This document shows, piece after piece, positions 28,354-37,750 of a DNA stretch of 64,000 bases. The translations under genes and the position numbers were made by a program. The notes beneath the pieces are model-generated. The model saw only the letters and a list, made by a program, of their open reading frames with translations, ran no database searches and had not been told where the DNA came from. The stretch spans positions 389,152 through 453,151 of the forward strand of contig DYGI01000001.1 of assembly GCA_020724805.1 (NCBI GenBank), given 5' to 3'. Position 1 is the first letter of the stretch; each line of letters starts with the position of its first letter. The stretch comes from Candidatus Microgenomatus sp. (lineage in GTDB: Bacteria > Patescibacteriota > Minisyncoccia > UBA6257 > GWB1-50-10).

Positions 28354-28965
28354 TTAGTACCATTCGGATATCGGCGCTTTGATCCTGATGCGATGAAGAA
28401 TGAGCGGCAAAGTGATGACAAAGGATCCGAAGAACATATAGAGCGGCAGAATGTAGTTCGCCGCAGTATGTTCGGAGATTGCGAAGATCGCGAGCCCATA
28501 TCCCACTGCGAAGAGACTCCATGCGAACGGGCGCTCCTCTGACGGCGATCTCCACACGAAGAGAATAGTGGGTATTGCAGCGCACGCATCGGCGATAATC
28601 GCCACATAAAGCGCGTACTGTACGAGCCGTGGATTTTCGTGCATCTGCCACCACATGCCGAGCGCGAGAAGCCCGAGCACGAAGCAAAGCTTCTCGTACC
28701 ACTCGAACTTCTTCCATTGCTCGCGGTTCTTCAATACGAGCATGGTGATGATGAGTGGGTTCGTGAATCCAAACACCGCGGGCCAGACGTTATCACCGGC
28801 TCCCGCACTCTCGTAGGTCACGAGAAGTGCAAATCCGATGAGTGTCCACAATATCCAACTGGTAGGGTTCGGGTGTGCTTTCCCTTGCCACGTGCGTATA
28901 CAGTAAGGAACGGCGCTCAGGATCACGATGATGCCCGAGAGCATTCCAATCGTCGAGTTGTCCAC
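28354..28965 (-). CDS. polytopic membrane protein (hypothetical)
   Basis: About 6 TM helices. Confidence 0.45.
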   Translation of the reverse strand: MDNSTIGMLSGIIVILSAVPYCIRTWQGKAHPNPTSWILWTLIGFALLVTYESAGAGDNVWPAVFGFTNPLIITMLVLKNREQWKKFEWYEKLCFVLGLLALGMWWQMHENPRLVQYALYVAIIADACAAIPTILFVWRSPSEERPFAWSLFAVGYGLAIFAISEHTAANYILPLYMFFGSFVITLPLILHRIRIKAPISEWY

Positions 28966-29064
28966 CGGGCACCTCCCTCAAGACGTGAGTGAAATCGTTC
29001 TGCATCAAAGTTACCATAAAATTCGCATTATGTCAATATAATGTTTTTATAAACAAAAAACCGC

Positions 29065-29709
29065 CTATGAAAGCGCGGTTTTGCGATAACGCCGATACAG
29101 TATGAGAGCTGTAGCGAGTACCAGAAAGGATATCAGGTTGAACACCACGAAGATCCATTGGCCGGTCGTGAGCCCGTAGGTGAACCAGAAGATGTTCGCG
29201 ACCATGAAGGTCACCACGAACTTTGGTTCGACCGAGCCCGAAGACTTCGCGCGATACATCTCTCTCACCTGCCCGACGAGTGGGATAATAATGCCGAAAA
29301 GGCCAGTCAGAACGAACATGTCCTGCCATGCACCTTCAAGCATCACGACCACGGGAATCATGAGGAGCGAGAGCACGAGTGCAACCCAGTCCCCTCCTTG
29401 GAATCCCTTGAACCGATAGAGCGCGAGCACAATCGGTATGTAGGGAATTCCCAGGCATCCATTGAACATGAAGGCGATGCTGTTCTTCGTGATCCCGTAG
29501 ACCAGGAACATGAAGAAATAGCAGCCAGTGTAGATGAAGAACGTCGTCGACAGGGATTCGCCGGAGCGATTCCTGCGGATCGTGGCGTTCTGCGCGAAGA
29601 GTGACCATCCCTGCAGACACGTGAAGAACACGGTCACAAGAAAGCTGAACGTGGCGGCGTTGGCGCCCCAGTTCTGGTACTCGACGGTGCGTCCGAGGAA
29701 TTCTTCCAC
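29065..29709 (-). CDS. polytopic membrane protein (hypothetical)
   Basis: About 6-7 TM helices; hairpin terminator at 29033-29064. Confidence 0.45.
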   Translation of the reverse strand: MEEFLGRTVEYQNWGANAATFSFLVTVFFTCLQGWSLFAQNATIRRNRSGESLSTTFFIYTGCYFFMFLVYGITKNSIAFMFNGCLGIPYIPIVLALYRFKGFQGGDWVALVLSLLMIPVVVMLEGAWQDMFVLTGLFGIIIPLVGQVREMYRAKSSGSVEPKFVVTFMVANIFWFTYGLTTGQWIFVVFNLISFLVLATALILYRRYRKTALS

Positions 29710-29796
29710 GGCGACCTCCTATGCAATTGGGAACGGTTAGTGGTTTACTACCTCTGATTACATTATAGCACAAATTGTGGCTAAATGTCAATACGT

Positions 29797-30852
29797 CTAT
29801 TCCTCCCCCACCTCCGCAACATCGCGGGGGCTTTCTATTTCCATCGGCTTGATGCCTGCAGCATCTCCCGTAATGCGGAGCACATCCTTATCGATTTTCC
29901 CAAGTTCCTTCGATGCTTTGTTATAGGAAGACACGGTCATACCGAGATTCTTCCCTACTTTTCCGATGTGCTCCTGGTATGCGAGGAGGTGTTTCCTTAA
30001 TTTCTCAACCTGGCCGATTATTTCGTTCGCCTGCTCGGATATTTTTTGGTACCGGAGGCCCTGCAAAACCGTTTGGAGGTATGCAAGGAACGACGTGGGC
30101 GACACAATGACCACCTTCTTCGCTCCCGCGTAGGTGACGAGCGAATTGGTGTCATCGGTAACCGCACCCACTTTATTGATGAGGAGGTCGTAGTACACCG
30201 CCTCGGACGGGATGAACATAAAGGCAAAATCCATTGTTCCCTCCTCCGGCTTCACATACTTCGAGGTTTCATCAATGCGGTTCTTGAGGTCTTGAACAAA
30301 AGCGGTTTCGTATCTTTTTCGGTCTCCAGGGTCGCGCGCTTCCAGAATGCGGTTGTAGTTCTCGAGCGAAAACTTGGAATCTACCGGGATAATGCGCTTA
30401 TCCACTTTGACCACGGCATCCACGATGACGCCGTCGGAAAATGCATATTGCATTTCATACGCCCCCGGCGGGAGCACGTTCTTCAAAACCGTTTCCAAAT
30501 AGTATTCGCCCAAAATCCCACGCTGCTTCGGATTTTTCAAAATATCCTGCAAACTTTTCAACTGGTCGGCGAAGCTCACCACCTGCTTGTTGGTTTCCTG
30601 GAGGCGCGTGAGGTTTTCGGTGACGTCCTTTACAATCTTCGCGCTCTCGCTGAACTGCTCGCGAATTGCTTTGGTGGATTCGCCGAGCTTCATGTCTAGC
30701 GTACGCCGAAGCTCCGAAAGTTGATTCTGGAGAAGTACCATCGCCTGCCCTTCGTCGGGTTTCTTTTGTGCGGTAAGCGTGCGCCACAACATATAAAAAC
30801 CTCCCGCAAACACCACTGCGAGAACAATGAGAAGTATTTCTGAAAGGTTCAC
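29797..30852 (-). CDS. rmuC: DNA recombination protein RmuC
   Basis: N-terminal TM, coiled-coil, C-terminal AFMFIPSEA...VVIVSPTSFLAYL block of the RmuC family. Confidence 0.8.
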   Translation of the reverse strand: MNLSEILLIVLAVVFAGGFYMLWRTLTAQKKPDEGQAMVLLQNQLSELRRTLDMKLGESTKAIREQFSESAKIVKDVTENLTRLQETNKQVVSFADQLKSLQDILKNPKQRGILGEYYLETVLKNVLPPGAYEMQYAFSDGVIVDAVVKVDKRIIPVDSKFSLENYNRILEARDPGDRKRYETAFVQDLKNRIDETSKYVKPEEGTMDFAFMFIPSEAVYYDLLINKVGAVTDDTNSLVTYAGAKKVVIVSPTSFLAYLQTVLQGLRYQKISEQANEIIGQVEKLRKHLLAYQEHIGKVGKNLGMTVSSYNKASKELGKIDKDVLRITGDAAGIKPMEIESPRDVAEVGEE

Positions 30853-30871
30853 GGTTATATGTTACCAGTTA

Positions 30872-31210
30872 TTAGTTAACTGATACGATGGTGCCGATCG
30901 CGATGAGAAGCACGAGCATAAGAAGCACATTCATCCCTCCGAAGAGGAATGAAAGTTCGCGCGAGCGGTCGTAGAAAACTTGAGCGAGGAACGCGTTCAC
31001 TGTCATGACCGCGGCGCCCAAGGCCCACACGAGCGCCACATCCATGCGGTCGCCGAAAAGGTCGGCGCCTTGAAGCGGCGCAAAGTGCAACACCACGCGC
31101 GAAGGAAATTCACTCCAGTGGAGCGCAAGCGTAAGCCCGGCGATGAGAAGCAAAAGAGCGCTTGCGGCGGTGAGCGCTATAAGCGGTTTTGAGGCGAGAA
31201 ATGCTTTCAT
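30872..31210 (-). CDS. small membrane protein (hypothetical)
   Basis: Three TM helices. Confidence 0.4.
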   Translation of the reverse strand: MKAFLASKPLIALTAASALLLLIAGLTLALHWSEFPSRVVLHFAPLQGADLFGDRMDVALVWALGAAVMTVNAFLAQVFYDRSRELSFLFGGMNVLLMLVLLIAIGTIVSVN

Positions 31211-31239
31211 GATGGGATTGCTATAATGATATCATCCAT

Positions 31240-31938
31240 ATGCTATCGGATGAAATTCTTCTTTTATTCGTTTCCGTCATTGACCTTGCGTTCGTTTTCT
31301 ACCTCTACCACCAATTCGGGAAGGAGGGACTCGTGGCCGGCCTTATTGGGAATCTTTTTCTGGTCAGCATGCTGGGAGCAGAACTAGTGGAGGTATTCGG
31401 TTTTACTACCAACATCGCAAACGTGTTCTATGCCCCGGCTCTCATTACGTTCGCCATCGCTATCGAGAAGGGAGTGAAAGCGCCGACGCGGCTCGTGTGG
31501 ATAGGTTTTTTTGGTCTTCTCCTTGTTATTACACTTTCCGGTATCGTGCAGAATTTCCATGGTGCGGAGGCATCCCAAACATTCAACGACGCCATTCAGC
31601 TTGTTCTTATCCGCATACCACGCGTCGCCTTTGCGAGTTTGGCCGCTTATCTGCTTGCTTCATATCTTTTCATCTCTCTCTACGCGCGATTCCGGCGCCG
31701 CGTAGGCGATGCAGGGCTATGGTTCCGCTTGCTTGCGGTTAGTTTTTTGGCCCAGGCGATCGACAGTATCATTTTCTTTGCCATTGCATTCGGCGGGCTC
31801 ATCGGGAGCGAGACTCTTTTCCAGACCATGTGGGCAGGTCTTGCACTTAAAGTTTTTGTGGTAGCGCTTAGCATCCCCTTTTTTTACGCGAGCAACGCAA
31901 TACGCATTGCGCCGAATCCGGACGACGCGCGTCTCTGA
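31240..31938 (+). CDS. YhhQ/DUF165-like membrane protein (putative queuosine-precursor transporter family)
   Basis: 6 TM helices; overall pattern resembles the Vut_1/YhhQ family. Moderate. Confidence 0.4.
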   Translation: MLSDEILLLFVSVIDLAFVFYLYHQFGKEGLVAGLIGNLFLVSMLGAELVEVFGFTTNIANVFYAPALITFAIAIEKGVKAPTRLVWIGFFGLLLVITLSGIVQNFHGAEASQTFNDAIQLVLIRIPRVAFASLAAYLLASYLFISLYARFRRRVGDAGLWFRLLAVSFLAQAIDSIIFFAIAFGGLIGSETLFQTMWAGLALKVFVVALSIPFFYASNAIRIAPNPDDARL

Positions 31939-31982
31939 AATTGAACCTTGCCGAAAGATATGGTATATTCCACCCGCCGATT

Positions 31983-32066
31983 GCGCGGGTGGTGGAACTG
32001 GCAGACACACTACCTTGAGGTGGTAGCGCCCGCAAGGGCTTGGAGGTTCGAATCCTCTCCCGCGCA
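31983..32066 (+). tRNA. tRNA-Leu (anticodon GAG)
   Basis: Acceptor GCGCGGG/CCCGCGC, anticodon loop TTGAGGT, long variable arm, T-arm GGAGG-TTCGAAT-CCTCT, discriminator A. Confidence 0.85.
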
Positions 32067-32099
32067 CAGATGAAATATTCAATACCCTCGTGGTATTGG

Positions 32100-32232
32100 A
32101 TATTTTATTTTGGTGCGAGGATTCGAACAGGGAAGGGGTCGGGAAACCGTAGAAGAGAGGTTTCCCGTGCCGGAAGTACTGAAACCGAAGGGTTTCAGGG
32201 AGCGAGTGGATGAGAGCGACGTTCGATTCCCT
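32100..32232. repeat. tRNA 3'-end-derived fragments (recombination scar)
   Basis: 32100-32121 is the reverse complement of a T-loop plus acceptor 3' end (ccctgttcgaatcctcgcacca). 32205-32232 (gttcgattccctctcccgcgcacca) repeats the tRNA-Leu 3' end including CCA. Two 8-bp hairpins lie between. Neither fragment has a matching 5' acceptor or D-arm. Confidence 0.55.
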
Positions 32233-32263
32233 CTCCCGCGCACCATTTCGTTATAATGTGCCT

Positions 32264-33223
32264 ATGGCCGAAATGCACCGTTATGCAAGGTTTGTCCGAG
32301 CGCTTGTAACTACGGCATTCGTGCTTATACCCCTCGCAATTTTCGCGGGCATTTTTGTTTTTCAAAATGGGCAGCTCGCAAAAGAACGCGCACTCATAGA
32401 AGCCGAACGTCTTTCAAATGTCATCGCAGCGCAACAAATGCAACAATTCACGAATATTCGCAACCTCCTTATTAGTATCGCAAGCTACGCGGAAGTGGAG
32501 AATCGCGATGCGGAAGGTTGCAACCGCACGCTCGCTCTTCTTTTGGAACACGTTAATACTCCGACCTACACCTATCACAACCTTGGCATCGCGGATTCAA
32601 ACGGTCAGGTGTTCTGCAGCGCACTTCCCGCGGAACGTTCTGTAAACACGGCTGATCGGTATTATTTTCAGCGCGCGATGCAGACGCGCAGCTTTTCCAT
32701 CGGCGAGTATCAGATTGGGCGCATTACCGGAAAAGAATCGATAAATTTTGGCTACCCCGTACTTGATGAAAAGGGTGCGGCGACGTTTGTTATCTTTGCC
32801 GCAGAAAGTCTTGATGCTATTCACGAGCGCGCGAACCGCGTGCGCGGGGAGGGATATCCTATACTCATCATCACTGACCGAAACGGCACAATTTTGGTCC
32901 ACCCCGAATACCGGGAAGCGGTTGGAACACATTTCACCGAACATGAACGCATGCACAATGCTCCTTCCGGATCATTCTCGGCTATAGGTCCGGACGGCAC
33001 CGCCTATCTTTTTGGTTTCGCCACCCCCACCGTCGCCACTCAAGGCGACCACATCCATTTCATCATCGGAATCCCCCTTGTTCGTATTTCCGCATATCTC
33101 GATGATCAAATTGCCCGCTATGCTGAGTACTTTTTCGGGGCGATAGCGCTCTTCGGTGCGCTCGGTTGGTTTGTGAGTGATCGGTTGGTGCGGCGACTCC
33201 TCGCGCATAAAACTGTCAGTTAA
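32264..33223 (+). CDS. Cache-type extracytoplasmic sensor domain membrane protein without output domain
   Basis: N- and C-terminal TM helices flank a periplasmic domain of about 280 aa with a double PAS/Cache-like pattern. No kinase, MCP or GGDEF follows. Confidence 0.45.
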   Translation: MAEMHRYARFVRALVTTAFVLIPLAIFAGIFVFQNGQLAKERALIEAERLSNVIAAQQMQQFTNIRNLLISIASYAEVENRDAEGCNRTLALLLEHVNTPTYTYHNLGIADSNGQVFCSALPAERSVNTADRYYFQRAMQTRSFSIGEYQIGRITGKESINFGYPVLDEKGAATFVIFAAESLDAIHERANRVRGEGYPILIITDRNGTILVHPEYREAVGTHFTEHERMHNAPSGSFSAIGPDGTAYLFGFATPTVATQGDHIHFIIGIPLVRISAYLDDQIARYAEYFFGAIALFGALGWFVSDRLVRRLLAHKTVS

Positions 33224-34946
33224 GATCTTTTTTGATCTCTTCGAGCTCTTCTTCTACCGCAGTTTCGGCGGCATCCACGTCGTGTTTGAGATGAATGAGG
33301 ATTTTTTCTTCCTCTATCGTAAGTGCGCGTTTAGTTTTCGCACTTTCAAGAAGACGAAGGTGTTTCTTCATGGAAGCGCGTAATTTTTCGAATTCTTTTT
33401 TCACATCCCGTTCCGCGTCTTTAATGTCGCGCTGCACTTTTTTCTTGAATCCAAACATATTCCGCCACGCGAACCAGCAGATGCTCGCGAGGAACACGAG
33501 GAGTGCAATAATGGAAACAATAACCGTGAGAAGATTGATGGCGTAAGAGCCAATGCGGATGATGCTCGGACTTTCCACCGCGACGGTATAACGTGCACTC
33601 GGTGCGGTTTTGGCACCACGCGCATCCACCGCGTCTGCCCACAGTTCGTATACTCCCGCCGGAATTTCTCTATCGCCCGCGACAACGTAGTTCCCTTGCG
33701 CATCACTTGTGCCGTTGTAGAAGCGCGGCGTAATGCCCTCTCTCTCCAACCATACCGTCACGGTCGCATTCGGCACTGTGCGTCCGCGCACCGTAAGAAT
33801 ACCTCCAGGCTCGAGCGTTGAAGGATATGTGGTAATAACCGGCGCGGGGAGCTGTTGAATCACCACTTCCGAGAGCGCCGCTTGGTAATTCCCGGCACGA
33901 TCGAATGCTTGTACCAAAAGCGTTTGGGTCCCTCCTACAGTCGAAGGAAGTGTGTAGGGATTGTGCTCAACCTGTTCCGAAGAAACCACCACAAAATCCT
34001 GGTCGCCTATTTTTACCTTGTAGTATTCGATGCCAGATTCAGTGTCACGCGTATTGAACAGCACCACAGGGTTCGGGTTTGTGGAATCTTCTCCTTCTGC
34101 GAGCCTTATTTCGAATCGTTCAGGTGGTGTGGTATCCACTTGAAAACGGAAATGCGCCACTGCTCCCCAACCATTCGCGTTTCGGAATTGTGCGTGCAGG
34201 TAGTATGCACCATCGGAAACATCTTCTATTTTTTTCTCCGATATTGGTGGGTCATAGAGTACAGTTGGCGTCGTAAGTGGCGAAGTGTTGTAGAGAAGAC
34301 GTACTGCTGTCACGCCGCTCGGAACCTCCCACGTAAACTGTGGAGTCTTATTTGCATACCAGCGATCAGGATTGGGATGAGTCGGCGAAACGATACGGGG
34401 TGCGAGTGGCGCACCGGGCGGCGTGGGACTTGTGACATCTCCCGCGGTCGTACCGCCGATAGTGTATCCACCAGTGCCGAGCGAGGCGAGAATGTTCGTC
34501 CCCTGCCCATCGTTTGCGAGCACGCTCCCGCTCGTGAAACGAAGGTTTGCGACGCCATTTGCTTTTGTGCGGAACACAACGGTAATTACAGTACCATTCG
34601 CCCCGGCGTATCCGGGATTCAACACCACTCCTTCGAAGCTCACAGTCCCGGCTTCATTCGAAAACGACGGCTCCTGCACCCAGAGATTTACGATGGATCC
34701 AGTCTTCGATATAGACACAACCTCAAGGAGCGAGACGGGGAAAGATACCGTTCCGGACACCGCATTCATCGCCTGATCTGATGAATCAACCGCCACTCGC
34801 ACCGAAAACGTTTGACCCGCGGTGAACCCCCCGCTCCCCGGCACAAGCGTAAGCGTCGCCGCCTCCGCGGTTGGAAGTAGAATTATGGGCGAAACGAGCG
34901 CGAGCGCAATCCCTAATCCGCGCGCGAGCGATATTTTCTTTGCCAT
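33216..34946 (-). CDS. cohesin-like domain surface protein, C-terminal TM anchor and charged tail
   Basis: Signal peptide. The segment TLTLVPGSGG...VNAVSGTVSFPVSLLEVVSI...VFRTKANG... matches a cohesin beta-sandwich pattern. Ig-like repeats follow, then a TM and KK/EE-rich tail. Confidence 0.55.
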   Translation of the reverse strand: MAKKISLARGLGIALALVSPIILLPTAEAATLTLVPGSGGFTAGQTFSVRVAVDSSDQAMNAVSGTVSFPVSLLEVVSISKTGSIVNLWVQEPSFSNEAGTVSFEGVVLNPGYAGANGTVITVVFRTKANGVANLRFTSGSVLANDGQGTNILASLGTGGYTIGGTTAGDVTSPTPPGAPLAPRIVSPTHPNPDRWYANKTPQFTWEVPSGVTAVRLLYNTSPLTTPTVLYDPPISEKKIEDVSDGAYYLHAQFRNANGWGAVAHFRFQVDTTPPERFEIRLAEGEDSTNPNPVVLFNTRDTESGIEYYKVKIGDQDFVVVSSEQVEHNPYTLPSTVGGTQTLLVQAFDRAGNYQAALSEVVIQQLPAPVITTYPSTLEPGGILTVRGRTVPNATVTVWLEREGITPRFYNGTSDAQGNYVVAGDREIPAGVYELWADAVDARGAKTAPSARYTVAVESPSIIRIGSYAINLLTVIVSIIALLVFLASICWFAWRNMFGFKKKVQRDIKDAERDVKKEFEKLRASMKKHLRLLESAKTKRALTIEEEKILIHLKHDVDAAETAVEEELEEIKKDLN

Positions 34947-35827
34947 AGAAGCGGAGTACATGCGAGTACTATCAGTATAGCGAATCCGATGAGTGCGTCG
35001 CGCCACCCGTAAGAACCGCGTTCTGGCAATATCCCCACCACGCGTTCATTTCCCGCGCCATCCACCGCGCGAAGATAGACGTAGCTCCGCCGCGCCTGAT
35101 CACGGAGCACATACGGACTCGTTGCCGACTCCCACTCATCCTCGGAGATTGCTTTCCGTACGCGCGGCGATTCGAACACGGTGAAATATGAAATTCCTGT
35201 TTCTTTGTCGTGCGCATTCCATACCAGCATCCATTTTCCGTCCTCCGTATCCGCATCGCGCACGATCTCCGGGATGAACGCCTCCGGCGGATTACGATCA
35301 GAAATGCGAACCTCCGCATGATAAGGGGCTTCGTCGCTTACCATAACGGTCATGGAGCCGTTTGTCACGGCATCCTTTGTCCCAACACCGTCATGGAGAA
35401 GAACCGTGCCACTTTGCAGCGCCAACACGCCCTCACCTTCCTGGAGGGTTTGGAATTGTATCGTGAAAAGCCTCCCGGGTGTCGCATCGACTTGATATGG
35501 ACCCAGGATGCCGCTGAAACCACCAGGCATGATGCCACTCCAAAAGAGCTTTCCCGCCTCCACCACTCGCGGGCGTTCCACCCATACGCCCATAATGGAG
35601 TCCCGCTCATAAAACGCCTTCACCGAAAATAGATTTGGTGGAAACATTAGTTCGCCTTGTATGGCGTTCACTTCCCGTCCTTCCGCGTCTAAGACTACAT
35701 CCACCATGAACGTATCACCGGTCCGCACTTCTTGTAAAGTTCCAATTACGGAAATTACCGATGCCATTGTGGAGAATGGAGTCACGAATGCCAACGCAAG
35801 AAAAAATATGAGAAGATTTTTTCGCAT
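34913..35827 (-). CDS. cohesin-like domain surface protein (paralog), C-terminal TM anchor
   Basis: Signal peptide. VNAIQGELMFPPNLFSV...TIQFQTLQEGEG parallels the upstream cohesin-like domain. C-terminal TM. Confidence 0.5.
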   Translation of the reverse strand: MRKNLLIFFLALAFVTPFSTMASVISVIGTLQEVRTGDTFMVDVVLDAEGREVNAIQGELMFPPNLFSVKAFYERDSIMGVWVERPRVVEAGKLFWSGIMPGGFSGILGPYQVDATPGRLFTIQFQTLQEGEGVLALQSGTVLLHDGVGTKDAVTNGSMTVMVSDEAPYHAEVRISDRNPPEAFIPEIVRDADTEDGKWMLVWNAHDKETGISYFTVFESPRVRKAISEDEWESATSPYVLRDQARRSYVYLRAVDGAGNERVVGILPERGSYGWRDALIGFAILIVLACTPLLWQRKYRSRAD

Positions 35828-35829
35828 GA

Positions 35830-36845
35830 TTATCCCGTCCAGTAATATGCGAGAATACTGAAGTCAATGAGATCAATTTTCCGATCGGTGTTCAGATCGA
35901 CGTGCGTCGGTGGGGCGACACGTCGGTACCAATAGGCCATGACCGAAAAATCAACAAGGTTCACCCTCCGGTCGGCGTTTATATCACCCTTCGCCGAGGC
36001 CTCCCCGGTCTTCGCGAGCACATTCTTGGTGCCCACCGTAAAACCAGCCGCCCGACTGTAGCTCGAGAGGAGTTGATTTAAAAGGGTAGCTTTTGATTTT
36101 GCACTATGGGAACCATAGTCAAGCTCGCTCGTATCGAAATAATAGAGATAGGCGCCACCGGTATCCGCTTTTGTCTTCACCACTATTTCCTCTTCGGAAC
36201 CGACGGTGATGAGAATATCCGCGGCGGGTGCGCTTTGGCCGAATATAGTGATGGTGTCCCCACGTTTTACCTCTTCCTTATCCACCGCAATGGTCGGCGC
36301 GATAAAAATACCGCTTACATTCGTGGTGGCTCCCGCAGTGATGGAAACTGGGAAGGTGTGCAAACTAGAACGGTTGCCGTTTTTGTCCTCGCTGTAGAGA
36401 GAAAAAATATAATTTCCCGATGAGAGCCCTGAAACAGAAAGTGAGAATGAGCCATCGCTTCCTGCCGCGGCACTCGATACCACCGCCGCGTCTTTAAGAA
36501 GAGTGACTGCCCTTCCCGGATACGCGCGCCCGGAAAGCGTCACGCTCGCCGCCGGAGCAATATATCCTCCTCCCCCCCCTCCTCCCCCCCCCCCCCCCCC
36601 CCTCCGCCAGGCGGAGGCGTGGGAGGCGGTGGATCGGTTTCATCGTCATCCGCATACGAAGAACATCCGGGGTCGTTCGGATAATCTATTTCCCCGTCGC
36701 TGTCGTTATCAACACTATCACTGCACTCTGTCACCAGCACAGTCACCGATACGTTCGACGTTTCGGCGCGCACCGGAAACGGTGCATAAACAAGTGAAAA
36801 CCCGAAAAGGAGAATGAGGATTGTCGCGAACGCTCCTCTCTTCAT
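35830..36845 (-). pseudogene. dockerin-containing secreted protein split by a frameshift in a poly-G/poly-C homopolymer
   Basis: 36540-36845 encodes a signal peptide, an acidic region and a Pro/Gly linker. 35830-36543 (other frame, GTG pseudo-start) encodes an Ig-like domain plus two dockerin Ca-binding repeats (GDINADRRVNLVDFSVMAYW, VDLNTDRKIDLIDFSILAYYW). The frames join only across the C tract. Confidence 0.7.
36572..36602. repeat. homopolymeric tract (8 C, then cct, then 19 C)
   Basis: Directly counted; encodes poly-Gly on the minus strand; it is the site of the frame disruption. Confidence 0.9.
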
Positions 36846-37717
36846 TACCCTCGTGAGTATTTCTTCTTGATGAAAATGGCGATACCGCCGACCACCACCA
36901 ACCCCGCTGCGATGGTCGTTATTTCAAAGAAACCAAACGAACGTGCTACGACATTGAATACAGTCTTGAGCTCTCGTACTGACTGTCCGTTACGGTACAG
37001 CTTTGCGTCAGCCCAGTATTCCCCTATACCAAGCTTGATGTCTATCGGAAACTTGAGGGTAATGGTCTTCGTCTCGAACGCCGGCACTTCGGGAATATCC
37101 TCCGTCTGCGAGAACGCGAGCCTGATATCACCGAATTTATCGTAAAGATCGAAGGTAGCTCGCTCAGGCGCAATCGGGACATTTCCGGTATTCTCCAGTA
37201 CAAATTCTATCGCGGGAGGACTACCTTCTTCGATGTCGAGTATCTCCACTTTTTTTATCTGGAAATCGGCCACCACACCTTCTCCTACCGTAAGATTGAT
37301 ATCCACCCGCGCGCCCACAGAAATGGTCACCTGTTCTCCCGCTTCACGCGTAGGAATCGTGTTGATACGAAGATATCCCTGATAAATGCCGAAATCCGCG
37401 TCTTGGGGAACCTGCACGGTGACTACAATCGGAAATTGTTGAATGCCGGCCGGAATGGTGAATTCATTCCCTTTGTCTATCACAAACCACTTACTTATCT
37501 TCTCCGGCACATCAAGCGTTGCCTTGATATCCAAGTCTTCTTTTGGCTGGCCCTGCACCAAATAAATGGTCGTGTCAAACCTCGCTCCCGGCACTAACCG
37601 GTCGCTCCGAATGAAAGGCGGCGAGATACCGAATGCCGAAACGGAAAGGGGTACACCTATGGCCGCGATGGCAAAAAAAATAAGGGAGGAAATCGTTTGC
37701 CAAACTCTCGATTTCAT
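36845..37717 (-). CDS. cell-surface protein with signal peptide and C-terminal TM anchor (DUF916-like architecture)
   Basis: Signal peptide, beta-rich ectodomain, TM plus KKKYSRG tail. Confidence 0.45.
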   Translation of the reverse strand: MKSRVWQTISSLIFFAIAAIGVPLSVSAFGISPPFIRSDRLVPGARFDTTIYLVQGQPKEDLDIKATLDVPEKISKWFVIDKGNEFTIPAGIQQFPIVVTVQVPQDADFGIYQGYLRINTIPTREAGEQVTISVGARVDINLTVGEGVVADFQIKKVEILDIEEGSPPAIEFVLENTGNVPIAPERATFDLYDKFGDIRLAFSQTEDIPEVPAFETKTITLKFPIDIKLGIGEYWADAKLYRNGQSVRELKTVFNVVARSFGFFEITTIAAGLVVVGGIAIFIKKKYSRG

Positions 37718-37750
37718 TTCCCTTATCGTACTCCTCCCCGTGCCGTTTTA

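Noticed and set aside
32100-32232. Possible extra tRNA or a tmRNA, since both ends look like tRNA acceptor plus T-loop
   Set aside because: No D-arm, anticodon arm or T-stem can be drawn. The two ends belong to opposite strands. Better explained as tRNA 3'-end remnants.
36572-36602. Poly-C run as part of a CRISPR or other repeat array
   Set aside because: It is a single homopolymer inside a coding linker. No spacer-repeat periodicity was found anywhere in the window.
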